64,000 nucleotides of DNA from Bacillota bacterium. Its GTDB lineage: Bacteria; Bacillota; DTU025. How positions within the stretch are numbered: the first letter of the stretch is position 1; each line of letters begins with the position of its first letter. Where the stretch lies: the NCBI GenBank assembly GCA_050951805.1, contig JBMNJT010000002.1, positions 224,001-288,000 on the forward strand, written 5' to 3'. A program made the translations under genes and the position numbers. Under the pieces are notes generated by a model. It saw only the letters and a program-made list of their open reading frames with translations, did no database searches and had not been told where the DNA came from. Below are positions 10,345 through 19,820 of the stretch, piece by piece.

Positions 10345-11243
10345 GCGCAAATGTCAACAGCAGCACCCTCGATTCCGCCTTGCGTAACCAGAAGAATCAA
10401 GGCCCGGCAAAGGCATCGAAGTGGGGGAAGATTATCGGAAAAGTGCTCGCGTATATCGTCGTGACCTTGGGCGCCATCATGATGGCTCTGCCCTTTGTGT
10501 GGCTCATATTGTCGTCCTTTAAGACTTTGGAGGAGATATCGCTCTTTCCTCCGACGTTCTTTCCGAAGAACCCTACTTTGTCGAATTTCCGAGAGGTTTT
10601 CGAGAGGATACCGTTTGCCCGTTACTACATGAACAGCATCATCACGTCGGTGATACCCACGGTTGTCACGGTGATAACCTGTTCCATGGCGGGCTTCGGG
10701 TTCGCGAAGTACAAGTTTGCCGGAAGGGACGTGTTGTTCTGGGTCATACTCGCTACCATGATGGTTCCTTTTCCAGCCACGATAGTGCCGCTTTACGTGA
10801 TGATGGCCAAAGCCGGGCTGGTAAACACATACGCGGGTCTGATCATAGTGGGTCTTTCGAGTGCGTCGGGGATATTCATGATGAGACAGTTCATGATGAC
10901 AATACCTGACGAGCTTCTCGATGCTGCGCGCATCGACGGCGCCAGCGAGTTTCGAATCTTCAACCAGATCGTGATTCCGCTAGTAAAGCCTGCTTTGGCT
11001 ACTCAGACCCTTTTCACGTTTACGGGGCATTGGGGGGCCTATATATGGCCGCTCATATGCGTGAACTCGGATAAACTGCGTACGTTGCCGCTGGCGATCC
11101 CCTATTTTTCGGGGCAGTATTTCAGTTATCAGAACTTGATCAATGCGGCGTCACTCATGGCAATTGCGCCTGTGTTGATCCTTTTCCTGTTCACGCAACG
11201 CTACTTCGTGGAGGGCATAACGATAACAGGAATGAAGGGCTAG
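10341..11243 (+). CDS. Carbohydrate ABC transporter permease
   Basis: IPDELLDAARIDGASEFRIF; FVEGITITGMKG C-terminus; ATGA overlap. Confidence 0.93.
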   Translation: MSANVNSSTLDSALRNQKNQGPAKASKWGKIIGKVLAYIVVTLGAIMMALPFVWLILSSFKTLEEISLFPPTFFPKNPTLSNFREVFERIPFARYYMNSIITSVIPTVVTVITCSMAGFGFAKYKFAGRDVLFWVILATMMVPFPATIVPLYVMMAKAGLVNTYAGLIIVGLSSASGIFMMRQFMMTIPDELLDAARIDGASEFRIFNQIVIPLVKPALATQTLFTFTGHWGAYIWPLICVNSDKLRTLPLAIPYFSGQYFSYQNLINAASLMAIAPVLILFLFTQRYFVEGITITGMKG

Positions 11244-11368
11244 AAGGCGAGTTTCAGGTTATGAGAAAGCAGGGCGCCCGGTACGTTCTTCCAGGGCCAA
11301 CTCGCAACGGCCCCGGTTGGCGCCTTGCCCGAACATCTCATGACGCTATGATGAGGGGGGTATTACTA

Positions 11369-14182
11369 ATGATCCGGGTTTTTGCAGGCAGAGTGCGCCC
11401 GCAAGGGCGGCGACCTGTAAGGTCGGCAACGGTCGTGGCTGCGCTGGTCCTCTGCCTGATGATAATGGCATTCGGACCCGCTGACCACGGGGCGAATGCC
11501 GGAGTGCTTACATGGCTCTGCCCCGGCTCATGTTCTGCCGGGGAGAACGTGGCCGCACGCAACGTCATATTGTTCATCGGAGACGGGATGGGACCTGGGC
11601 AGATCGAGGCTGCCCGCGATGTGAGTCCGTTCATGTTGTCTATGGATTTTATGCCCGTGATGACAAGGATAACTACAAACTCGTGGGGAGACAACCTTAC
11701 TGACTCAGCCGCGAGTTCGACCGCTCTTGCCACCGGGCACAAGACGGTCAATCGGTCGCTCGGCGTGCTCCCTGATGGAACGCCAGTGCCCAACATAGTG
11801 GAAGCTGCCAAGGAGAGTGGGCGATACACCGGATTGGTCAGCACCTGTTCGATAACGGACGCAACTCCTGCGGGGTTTTCGGTCCATGTTGCCGATCGCG
11901 GAAGCGGGCGTGAGATAGCTGCGGCAATGTTGGAGACCGGTCTAGATCTGATAGTCGGGGGAGGAGCCTCTTACTTTTTGCCGACGCTCTTTGAAAAGAC
12001 TCCTCCGCCCATAGAGGTGGCGCGCAGCAAGGGATATACCGTAGTCCAGAACAAGGAGGATTTCCTCAACGCATCGTCGGTTCCGCTTTTAGGGCTGTTT
12101 TCCATGACCCATATGGATTACGACGTTCAGAGAAATCCTGACGAGCAGCCCAGTCTTGCCGAGATGACTGCCAAGGCCATAGAACTCCTTTCATCAACAG
12201 AAGGTGAAGGGTTCTTCCTCATGATAGAGGGAGGCAGGATAGACCATGCCTGCCACAACAATGATGCCGAGATGCTCATCAGCGAGATGCTGGCTTTCGA
12301 CAAGGCGGTCTCAGTTGGGCTGGAGTATGCGTCTGGACGCGACGACACCCTGGTCATAGTGACGGCCGACCATGAAACAGGGGGAGTCGATGTCTCCAGC
12401 GGAGAGATACAGTTCAGCACCGATGGACACACCACGGAACCAGTATTTCTGTTTGCGCAGGGCAAGTGTTCTGAACTGTTTGCATCTGCGTCTGACAATA
12501 CTGATGTGGCGAAGCTAATGGCCATGGCCATGCAGGTCAACTTGGGAGAGGTGTACACGGTGGAAGAGGGACTAGCCGGGGCCACCGAAAAAGAAGCGCC
12601 CATAGAAGAAGATGGGACTAACGGTGCCGTCTCTTGCGTCGAAGAACAATCGCGTGCATCGGTCGGCCTTCGTGAGCGCCCAAGGCTTGAAGTGAAACCC
12701 GCACACCGAGTCAATGTTATGACATACAACATACATAGTGGGTTTGGAGCAGATCTCGTGCTCGATCTCGATAGAATTGCTGACCTCATTTCGGAGCAGA
12801 AGGTTGATATCGCAGGCATGTGCGAGGTCGACTGCAAAACGGGAAGATCGGGCGGGGTAGACCAAGCCGCATACATCGCCTCAAGGCTCGGATACGAGCA
12901 CGTGTACGGCCGCACCATCTATTATGGCGGCGGACAGTTCGGCAACGCGCTAATCTCTCGTTACCCTATCCGTTCATGGTGCAATCACCAGCTTCCTAAC
13001 CCGGCAGGGAACGAGCCTAGGGCGGTCCTTGAAGCTCAGGTCGATGTGGACGGAACAATTCTCAACGTTTTCGTCACGCACCTGGATGTGAAGGATGAGA
13101 CGGGCCGTCGTGCGCAGGTTGGCGCCTTGCTTGACATCGCGTCCAAAGCGGTGGGGCCGAGCGTGATAATGGGAGATTTCAACGCGTCTCCCTACGCAGA
13201 TGAAATATCTTTGGCGTTGCACGAGTTCAACGACACTATGCCTACGTACAGGGTCCTTGTGAACAGCGATGAGCTGGTCAAGGAGGGACTGTTCGCCAGG
13301 GATTACCTAAAGGGAGGATATACATACGACGCTTATAGCCCCGCGCGGCGCATCGACTACATATTTACTTCCTTTGACATCGGCATAGTGGATGAACCGG
13401 GAGCGGCCAGAGTTCCGCAGACCCTCGCATCCGATCATCTGCCATACATTGCCGCCATAGAAGTGCCCAGTGCCGACTGGTCCGGGCAGAACGATATGAC
13501 GGATGCGGCTCGGACTCCGCTGGTTACGGTTTTTACGAGCCGGGCAAATGAAGAGTGGTATGAAGACATGCGATGGGATTGGCAGTACCACATAAACGCC
13601 ATATTCGACGTGGTAGAAGAGGCGGGATACGAGTGTGTCGAGGTTGCTGAGGACAACATCGAAGTCCTTTGGCAGGTGGCGCAAGTGCGCCCCACGACAC
13701 TCATACTGTCCAATGCGAGGCGGATGTCGGACGCCCAGTTGCAGGCTGTTCGGGATTTTGTGGCGGCAGGTGGAAGAGTGCTGGCAACCGGACAGACCTC
13801 TCTTAAATCTGTAGATGAGAAGGCGTCTGGCGCCCACGGTTTCTACCTCGCTGATCTGTTTGGCGCTTCGTTCGTAGGGTGGCAGGGGGTTGCTCCCTTG
13901 CACAGCATCATCATGCCGACAAGTGACGGAGGCGTACTCGAGTCGCCAATAGAGGTTGCCGATTCTCGCGCGATCATAGTAAGGCGCCTTCCAGGCACTT
14001 GCGAATTGGGCACATGGGCAGATGACGATGGCAGTCCTAGCCATGCTGATGAATACAACTCCGCTGTGGTGTTGTCGGGGCGCGTGATTTATGTAGGCTG
14101 TGATATTTTCGCGCCTGAAATGCTTTCAGATGATGTGAGATCATTTGTGACAGACGCATTGGATGCACTTTTCCAGCTTTAA
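11369..14182 (+). CDS. Three-domain fusion: alkaline phosphatase + EEP phosphodiesterase + beta-galactosidase-trimerisation/GATase-like domain
   Basis: AP: IGDGMG, TDSAA, EGGRIDHACH, TADHETG. EEP: MTYNIH, EVD, GDFN, RIDYIF, SDHLP. C-terminal: LQAVRDFVAAGGRVLATG..LADLFG. Start codon uncertain. Confidence 0.85.
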   Translation: MIRVFAGRVRPQGRRPVRSATVVAALVLCLMIMAFGPADHGANAGVLTWLCPGSCSAGENVAARNVILFIGDGMGPGQIEAARDVSPFMLSMDFMPVMTRITTNSWGDNLTDSAASSTALATGHKTVNRSLGVLPDGTPVPNIVEAAKESGRYTGLVSTCSITDATPAGFSVHVADRGSGREIAAAMLETGLDLIVGGGASYFLPTLFEKTPPPIEVARSKGYTVVQNKEDFLNASSVPLLGLFSMTHMDYDVQRNPDEQPSLAEMTAKAIELLSSTEGEGFFLMIEGGRIDHACHNNDAEMLISEMLAFDKAVSVGLEYASGRDDTLVIVTADHETGGVDVSSGEIQFSTDGHTTEPVFLFAQGKCSELFASASDNTDVAKLMAMAMQVNLGEVYTVEEGLAGATEKEAPIEEDGTNGAVSCVEEQSRASVGLRERPRLEVKPAHRVNVMTYNIHSGFGADLVLDLDRIADLISEQKVDIAGMCEVDCKTGRSGGVDQAAYIASRLGYEHVYGRTIYYGGGQFGNALISRYPIRSWCNHQLPNPAGNEPRAVLEAQVDVDGTILNVFVTHLDVKDETGRRAQVGALLDIASKAVGPSVIMGDFNASPYADEISLALHEFNDTMPTYRVLVNSDELVKEGLFARDYLKGGYTYDAYSPARRIDYIFTSFDIGIVDEPGAARVPQTLASDHLPYIAAIEVPSADWSGQNDMTDAARTPLVTVFTSRANEEWYEDMRWDWQYHINAIFDVVEEAGYECVEVAEDNIEVLWQVAQVRPTTLILSNARRMSDAQLQAVRDFVAAGGRVLATGQTSLKSVDEKASGAHGFYLADLFGASFVGWQGVAPLHSIIMPTSDGGVLESPIEVADSRAIIVRRLPGTCELGTWADDDGSPSHADEYNSAVVLSGRVIYVGCDIFAPEMLSDDVRSFVTDALDALFQL

Positions 14183-14285
14183 CTCGTGCTGTTGCTGTAC
14201 GGACCATCAGTGCAAGAGCTTTCGGAAATTGTGCAACACAACATGAAGGGTTGGGGACGGCGCAGGGCGCCGAGGAACAGGGGGA

Positions 14286-16646
14286 ATGTGCATGCCCCAG
14301 ATGCAAAACAGCAGAATCCGCATTGAAGTAGATGGAAAGACCGGAGAAGTCAGAAGCATATTCAATATTGTATCTCGTGACGAGTTGGTGAAGTGGCCTG
14401 AGGCCGTGCACGGCGCTCCCCTTCGGATCGTATGCCGCGATTTGCAAGGGCACAGGCGTGTATTTGCTCCAGGGCCCGCGTCAATTGCCACTGCAACAAA
14501 GTTTGACGGTGTGGGCAAGTTGGCCTTGAACGTGGAGCATCGAACGGTGGTGGCCAGCGGTGAGGCCATAACGCCGTGTATTGGATCTGGTGGCGAGGAG
14601 GATGACGCGTCGGGTCTCCTCGGGTGCGGTAGAGGCGAAGACGAGATCGAGATTGCGTGTTCGTGGAGCGTTGAACTGGATGAAGAGAATCCGGAGATTT
14701 CGAAGTGGGCATTGTCCGTTGATAACCGCTCACAAGATTACGAGGTCATAGAGGTTCTCTTTCCGTATGTCCGCGGAATCCAGGTAGGCGTAGCACCGGA
14801 GGACAGCATCCTCATTTTCCCGCACCATGCTGGCGAGAAGATTGAGAACCCGGCAAGTCGGCTTGCATCCGATAGATATATGAAGTTTTGGCGAGCAGAG
14901 AGCCGTATTGAGCCCGACGGGACTTATTCCCGAGAGATCAACTACTGTGGACTTGCGTCAATGATGTGGATGGATTGTTACGATCGGAATGGTTCGGGCG
15001 GACTATACATGGCCTCATACGACAGTGACTTCATACTGACCGGGATCAGGAGCGAGACCGGGGGGCCAGATGATCCCTGGTGTGGATTTGGGTTCAGAAA
15101 ATACGTGCCCATTGGGCCGGGAGAGGTGTGGAGCTCGCACCCATACGTTCTTGGGGTTCATTCAGGCGATTGGCACTGGGCTTCTGAGCAATACAGATCA
15201 TGGGCTGAGGAGCATTTGACTGTGACTCGTGTCCCCGACGACTTGGCGCGCGAGTCGGCAATCTGTCCACGCTACGATTTCAAGAACGGCCAGACCGTGA
15301 GGAACAGATTTGTTGACATTCCGGAGATGTATGGGACTGCTCACCGTGAGCATATCAACCATTTTCTCATATCCGGCTGGAACAGGCAGGGGTTTGACAC
15401 CGATTATCCGGAGTTCATCCCCGACATGGAGCTGGGCAGTTCGTGGCAGCTGAGAGAGGGCTGCAGGCACGTGAGGAGCGAGGGCGGATTCACCACCTTC
15501 TACATCAACGTTCGCCTTTTCGATACTGAGTCCAAGTTCTTCGATTCCCTGGGAAGAGCGTGGGCCGCAAAGGGATTGAGCGGCGAGATCACCCATGAGA
15601 TGTATGGGCCTCGGACATTTGCAGTCCTTTGTCCCGGCTGTGGCGACTGGCAGGATTGGGCGGTCGACACTGCATCGTGGATGGTCGACGCCTTCGGGGC
15701 AAGAGGCATCTACCTCGATCAACTGGGGTCGGCTACTCCGTTGCCATGCTACGATTCGGGCCACGAGCACGTGAAGGTGGGGAATCGCGGGGAACGGCCG
15801 CATCATGGCCTCTATAACCACGGGTACGTGAAGATGATAGAAAGGATCAAGGAGAGATGCCGCCTGATAGATCCATCATCCTTTCTGATGATTGAGAATT
15901 GCGGCGATGTTTATAGCCAGTACCTATATGCAAACCTGACCTGGAATGGCGAGGAATACGATGAGTTCTTCAACATGTACAAGTACACGTTCCCTGAGTT
16001 TATCCAGGTAAACATGGTAAATCCCAGACGAATCGACGACCGCGACCTTCGTTATGCCTGGTTCTTCCGGGACTTGGCCCGGGCATTCGTGCTTGGGTCG
16101 GTATTCTGGATGGAGCTTGGAGACCGTTTCGGGCCCGGAAACGAAGAATTGCGCGAAGAAGCTCTGGAGGCGCTGCGCCTGCGACAACAGGCTGCCCCCT
16201 ACATTGCTCGTGGTACTTATAGGGACGACTTGGGGCTGGCCTTTATCGGCGAATGCGACACTGCGCCAGATCCGGCGCCGAGGATTTGGTGGGATGACGA
16301 GGACGGTTCCGAGGGTCTGGAAGGCAGTTTTGGGCATAGCTGCGATTGGACGTGCTTGCCATTTAGTGATCTTATATCGGTCACTGCCAGTCGCTGGACT
16401 CTGGCCGGGGGAGGAGTCCTTATCCTCATGTCTAACCCGCAGAGGTTGAAGGGGAAGCGTGTCTGGGTGGAAGACGGGTGCGGAGGGACGCGATTTCGGG
16501 AAGCAGGCGCCATGCAATCCAGTACGAGCTCGGAGGTGTGCGATCCGACCTGGAGGTTGTCATCGATGATAGGGGAGGAGTCACTCTGGAGGTCCCCGAG
16601 TCGAGGCTTTCGTTTATTGCAGTGCTTCCCAAAGAGATGGTCATAG
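14286..16646 (+). CDS. DUF6259-like putative glycoside hydrolase (TIM barrel)
   Basis: HSGDWH, GWNRQGFDTDYPEF, FYINVRL, GIYLDQLG, CYDSGHEH, ENCGD; C-terminus possibly frameshifted. Confidence 0.65.
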   Translation: MCMPQMQNSRIRIEVDGKTGEVRSIFNIVSRDELVKWPEAVHGAPLRIVCRDLQGHRRVFAPGPASIATATKFDGVGKLALNVEHRTVVASGEAITPCIGSGGEEDDASGLLGCGRGEDEIEIACSWSVELDEENPEISKWALSVDNRSQDYEVIEVLFPYVRGIQVGVAPEDSILIFPHHAGEKIENPASRLASDRYMKFWRAESRIEPDGTYSREINYCGLASMMWMDCYDRNGSGGLYMASYDSDFILTGIRSETGGPDDPWCGFGFRKYVPIGPGEVWSSHPYVLGVHSGDWHWASEQYRSWAEEHLTVTRVPDDLARESAICPRYDFKNGQTVRNRFVDIPEMYGTAHREHINHFLISGWNRQGFDTDYPEFIPDMELGSSWQLREGCRHVRSEGGFTTFYINVRLFDTESKFFDSLGRAWAAKGLSGEITHEMYGPRTFAVLCPGCGDWQDWAVDTASWMVDAFGARGIYLDQLGSATPLPCYDSGHEHVKVGNRGERPHHGLYNHGYVKMIERIKERCRLIDPSSFLMIENCGDVYSQYLYANLTWNGEEYDEFFNMYKYTFPEFIQVNMVNPRRIDDRDLRYAWFFRDLARAFVLGSVFWMELGDRFGPGNEELREEALEALRLRQQAAPYIARGTYRDDLGLAFIGECDTAPDPAPRIWWDDEDGSEGLEGSFGHSCDWTCLPFSDLISVTASRWTLAGGGVLILMSNPQRLKGKRVWVEDGCGGTRFREAGAMQSSTSSEVCDPTWRLSSMIGEESLWRSPSRGFRLLQCFPKRWS

Positions 16647-16660
16647 GAGGACGATAGGCT

Positions 16661-17494
16661 TTGAATGCCGGAGAACGCCGCGAGGGAAGCGGCCCTGTTG
16701 ATATGCATATTCACACGAATGCGTCTGATGGGCAGCCTACAGCGGATGAAGTGTTGAAGCAGGCTAAGGCGAAGGGGCTTTCTATGGTGGCCATAACTGA
16801 TCACTATGACCCTTTCGCGGCGAAATACGGGGCCCAATCAGGAAATGTGTTCGATGACAAAAGCCTGGCGGAGCAGCTCAAGTGGAGAGACGGGCTTGCC
16901 GGGGAGGATGATATCGAGGTCTTCATCGGGATTGAGCGGGGGCCCATTCCGGTGGGAACCGCATCCCTGCCGATGCAGCCCGATTTCGTGATCGGAAGCG
17001 TGCACTATGTTACATCAAAGATCCCCGTTGAGCGTGGAAGGCTCTACGATGAGAGATACTGGCGCGCCTACATGGATGAGGTGCTGAGGGTAGCTTCAGA
17101 TCCCGAAGTGGACGTAATAGGACACATGGCAGGCTACCTGCCCATGGGGCAGATGTTGCTTCCCGGGTCCACCTTTGAGGAGAGGCGGCAGATGGAGCGC
17201 GAGATCGATGCCAGGTTCTTCTCGCGCGAGTGGTATGAAGACGTCTTCAGGGCGGCCTTGGCCAACAAGACGGCAATCGAGCTGCATTGTGCGACTTGCA
17301 CCCCCAGGATCGATATGGTCGAGTTGGGGCTGAAGATGGGGATAAAGTTCTCTGTGGGCAGCGATGCCCATAATGTTGAAAGAGTCGGCGAAGTGGCGTG
17401 GGCATATGATACTCTTCAGTCTATCGGCGGTGGACGGCACAATCTGTGGTGTCCGCTTCCTCAGACAAGAGTCGGTGCGCGCCCAGTCCGTTAG
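16661..17494 (+). CDS. PHP domain phosphoesterase (histidinol-phosphatase-like)
   Basis: DMHIHT, AITDH, GIE, IGSVHY, VIGH, GSDAH. Confidence 0.88.
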   Translation: MNAGERREGSGPVDMHIHTNASDGQPTADEVLKQAKAKGLSMVAITDHYDPFAAKYGAQSGNVFDDKSLAEQLKWRDGLAGEDDIEVFIGIERGPIPVGTASLPMQPDFVIGSVHYVTSKIPVERGRLYDERYWRAYMDEVLRVASDPEVDVIGHMAGYLPMGQMLLPGSTFEERRQMEREIDARFFSREWYEDVFRAALANKTAIELHCATCTPRIDMVELGLKMGIKFSVGSDAHNVERVGEVAWAYDTLQSIGGGRHNLWCPLPQTRVGARPVR

Positions 17495-17506
17495 GGGGTA
17501 GTCTAG

Positions 17507-18235
17507 GTGTTCGAGTATTTTGACGTCGTCCGATCTTTGCTGGACGAGGTTGAGCGGGCTGAGGCTGAGAATATGGAGGAGGCAGCCACGCTCATCGCGG
17601 AAGCTATTGCAGATGGGCGGGTGCTCCATTATTTCGCGGCCGGCCATTCTCACATGCTCGGAGAGGAGCTGTTTTACAGGGCAGGGGGACTTGTGCCTGT
17701 GAACGCCATCGTCGAGCCCGCGCTCATGGTTACTTTCGGCGCCGGCAAGAGCTCCCACATGGAGCGGCTTACAGGGCTTGCCAGGATCATACTTGATGAT
17801 GCAGGAGTAGGCAGCGGAGACGTCATGATCGTTGCATCCAATTCCGGAGTAAACCCTGTGCCGGTGGAAATGGCGGCCGAGGCCAAGTCCGACGGCGTAA
17901 AGGTGATAGGCTTGACGTCTGTCGAGGGTTCTCGGACCACTCCGGTCAGAAACAGCGTTGGCAAGCGACTTTATGAGATCGCCGACATCGTAATCGATAC
18001 GCACGTGCCATGGGGCGATGCGGCTATAGAGGTGGAAGGGGTTTCGCAGAAGACCGGACCTGTTTCGACGGTGATAGGGGCGGCGATACTCAACACTGTT
18101 GTAGTGCGGGTCATCGAGAGACTCGTGGAACGCGGAATCGACCCGCCTATCTTCATGAGCTCTAACGTACCAGGCGGATTGGAACATAACGAGGTATTGC
18201 TTAAACAGTATAGATCCAAGATCAAATCGTTTTGA
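17507..18235 (+). CDS. SIS domain sugar-phosphate isomerase-like protein (UPF0309-like)
   Basis: AGHSHMLGEELFYRAGGL, SNSGVN, DTHVPWGDA, PPIFMSSN. Confidence 0.88.
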   Translation: MFEYFDVVRSLLDEVERAEAENMEEAATLIAEAIADGRVLHYFAAGHSHMLGEELFYRAGGLVPVNAIVEPALMVTFGAGKSSHMERLTGLARIILDDAGVGSGDVMIVASNSGVNPVPVEMAAEAKSDGVKVIGLTSVEGSRTTPVRNSVGKRLYEIADIVIDTHVPWGDAAIEVEGVSQKTGPVSTVIGAAILNTVVVRVIERLVERGIDPPIFMSSNVPGGLEHNEVLLKQYRSKIKSF

Positions 18236-18319
18236 TAGGCGGAAGGCTAGCCGCTGTTGGACGCTGGTTACTGGGCTGCGAGGCCCTTCATTGACCAAAG
18301 GTTGGGAGGACTGATTGGA

Positions 18320-19066
18320 ATGCTCGGTTTGGGCGCGAAGTACCTTGATGAACTGCGAAAGCTGATAGACAGGATTGAGAAGACACAGTCAGAAAACATT
18401 GCTGAAGCTGCAGACGCTATTGTAGACTCCGTGAGTCAGGGTGGAGCTGTTCACGTCTTGGACACGGGCCACATGCTTATGAACGAGTTGTTTGGCCGGG
18501 CGGGCGGGCTGATGATGCCGAGACCTGTTAACATCAAGATGGAAGTGGACAACCCCGGCCCCGCAAGGCCTGGTAAGACCAAGGAAATGGTCTATCTCGA
18601 CGAGATACCCGGGTTACCGGAATTCATCCTCGACAGAAGCGATATCTATCCTGGCGATGTCCTTATCATAGGGTCTGTATCCGGGAAGAACGCGCTCCCC
18701 GTAGGCCTGGCGCTTCTTGCAAGGGAGAGGGGCATAAAGGTTATTGCGCTTACATCCGTAGCCTATTCGTCGTCGCTCGAGGCGCAGCATCCGTCCGGCA
18801 AACACTTGTTTGAAGCAGCAGACATCGTCCTCGACAACTGCGGCGTCATAGGAGATGCCATCCTTGAAGTAGAGGGCCTTGACACCAAGGCGATTCCGAC
18901 ATCGGGCATCGCAGCGGCCTGCTTGATGTGGACGCTCGAGGCAGAAATCATCGATAGGATGCTCAAACGGGGCTTGACGCCCCAGGTGTGGAAGAGCAAC
19001 CATCTTCCTGGAGCGGGGGAGTTCAACAGAAAGGCCCTTGCAGAAACGGAGCGGGTGGGGTACTGA
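18320..19066 (+). CDS. Second SIS domain protein
   Basis: DTGHMLMNELFGRAGGL, SVSGKN, DNCGVIGDA, PQVWKSNH. Confidence 0.85.
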   Translation: MLGLGAKYLDELRKLIDRIEKTQSENIAEAADAIVDSVSQGGAVHVLDTGHMLMNELFGRAGGLMMPRPVNIKMEVDNPGPARPGKTKEMVYLDEIPGLPEFILDRSDIYPGDVLIIGSVSGKNALPVGLALLARERGIKVIALTSVAYSSSLEAQHPSGKHLFEAADIVLDNCGVIGDAILEVEGLDTKAIPTSGIAAACLMWTLEAEIIDRMLKRGLTPQVWKSNHLPGAGEFNRKALAETERVGY

Positions 19067-19101
19067 CAGAGGAGCGAAGAAGAGGCGAAGCCCCGATTCG
19101 A

Positions 19102-19326
19102 TCAGCGAATCAGACGGAGCAGCGCGCCGAATATCCAGGAGAGCGCGGACAGGCCGAGGCTGATCACTAGCATCGATGCGATGGGGGCTATTACAGTTTC
19201 TGTCATGAAATCCCCTGGCAGATGTCCAAACCAGGAGAAGGCTTTTGGGTGGCGTACGAGGATGAATCCGATGACCGTCATCATGCCGCCTATCTGAAAT
19301 AGAATTGCTCCAATGCGCTGAGCCAA
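19102..19326 (-). CDS. DUF2905-like small membrane protein
   Basis: FGHLPGD motif flanked by two hydrophobic helices; GAGGAG RBS before TTG. Confidence 0.7.
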   Translation of the reverse strand: MAQRIGAILFQIGGMMTVIGFILVRHPKAFSWFGHLPGDFMTETVIAPIASMLVISLGLSALSWIFGALLRLIR

Positions 19327-19360
19327 AAAGATCACTCCTCAAGCTTTGTTTTTCAGACAC

Positions 19361-19397
19361 GATCCAGAGGGCAAGCATCCGCCTTGCCCTCTGGATC
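19361..19397 (-). terminator. 15-bp stem hairpin downstream of degV
   Basis: GATCCAGAGGGCAAG...CTTGCCCTCTGGATC. Confidence 0.55.
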
Positions 19398-19401
19398 AAG
19401 C

Positions 19402-19814
19402 TCATGCATATGGATAAGGATGCACCTGTTTTAGCATGTAAAGGATTCCGATGGTGCCCGGACCGCAGTGGCTTCCTATCACAGAGCCTGCCGGCGTTTC
19501 AAGTATCTCGCGCATCTCGGGCATGATGCGCCGAATTCTATCCGCCATGTACAGGGCATCTTCGTGAACCCCAGTATGAGTCAGAAAAACCCGGACAGGT
19601 TCGACGAGCCCGCGCTCGACATCTTGGGCGAATCGTGTGAGTTGCCAGTCGAGAAGCTTGGTCCTGCTTCCGCGTATCTTTGCCGCCACCCTCATGCCTC
19701 CGTCAACTACTTCAATTATGGGTCTTACCTTGAGAACTGATGTAAGCAACGTCTGGATCCCCGTGCATCTGCCTCCCATGTGCATGTACTCTAGAGTGTC
19801 GATCATGAAGCACG
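19402..19814 (-). pseudogene. degV: DegV family protein, C-terminal part (IS-interrupted)
   Basis: TLEYMHMGGR, LKVRPII, VIGSHCGPGTIGI; joins the N-terminal part in frame once the IS is removed. Confidence 0.92.
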
Positions 19815-19820
19815 TTTTGA

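Noticed and set aside
17096-18298. 400-aa antisense ORF and other long antisense ORFs (e.g. 49012-49974, 25900-26712)
   Set aside because: They lie opposite well-supported genes in GC-rich DNA and have no recognisable motifs
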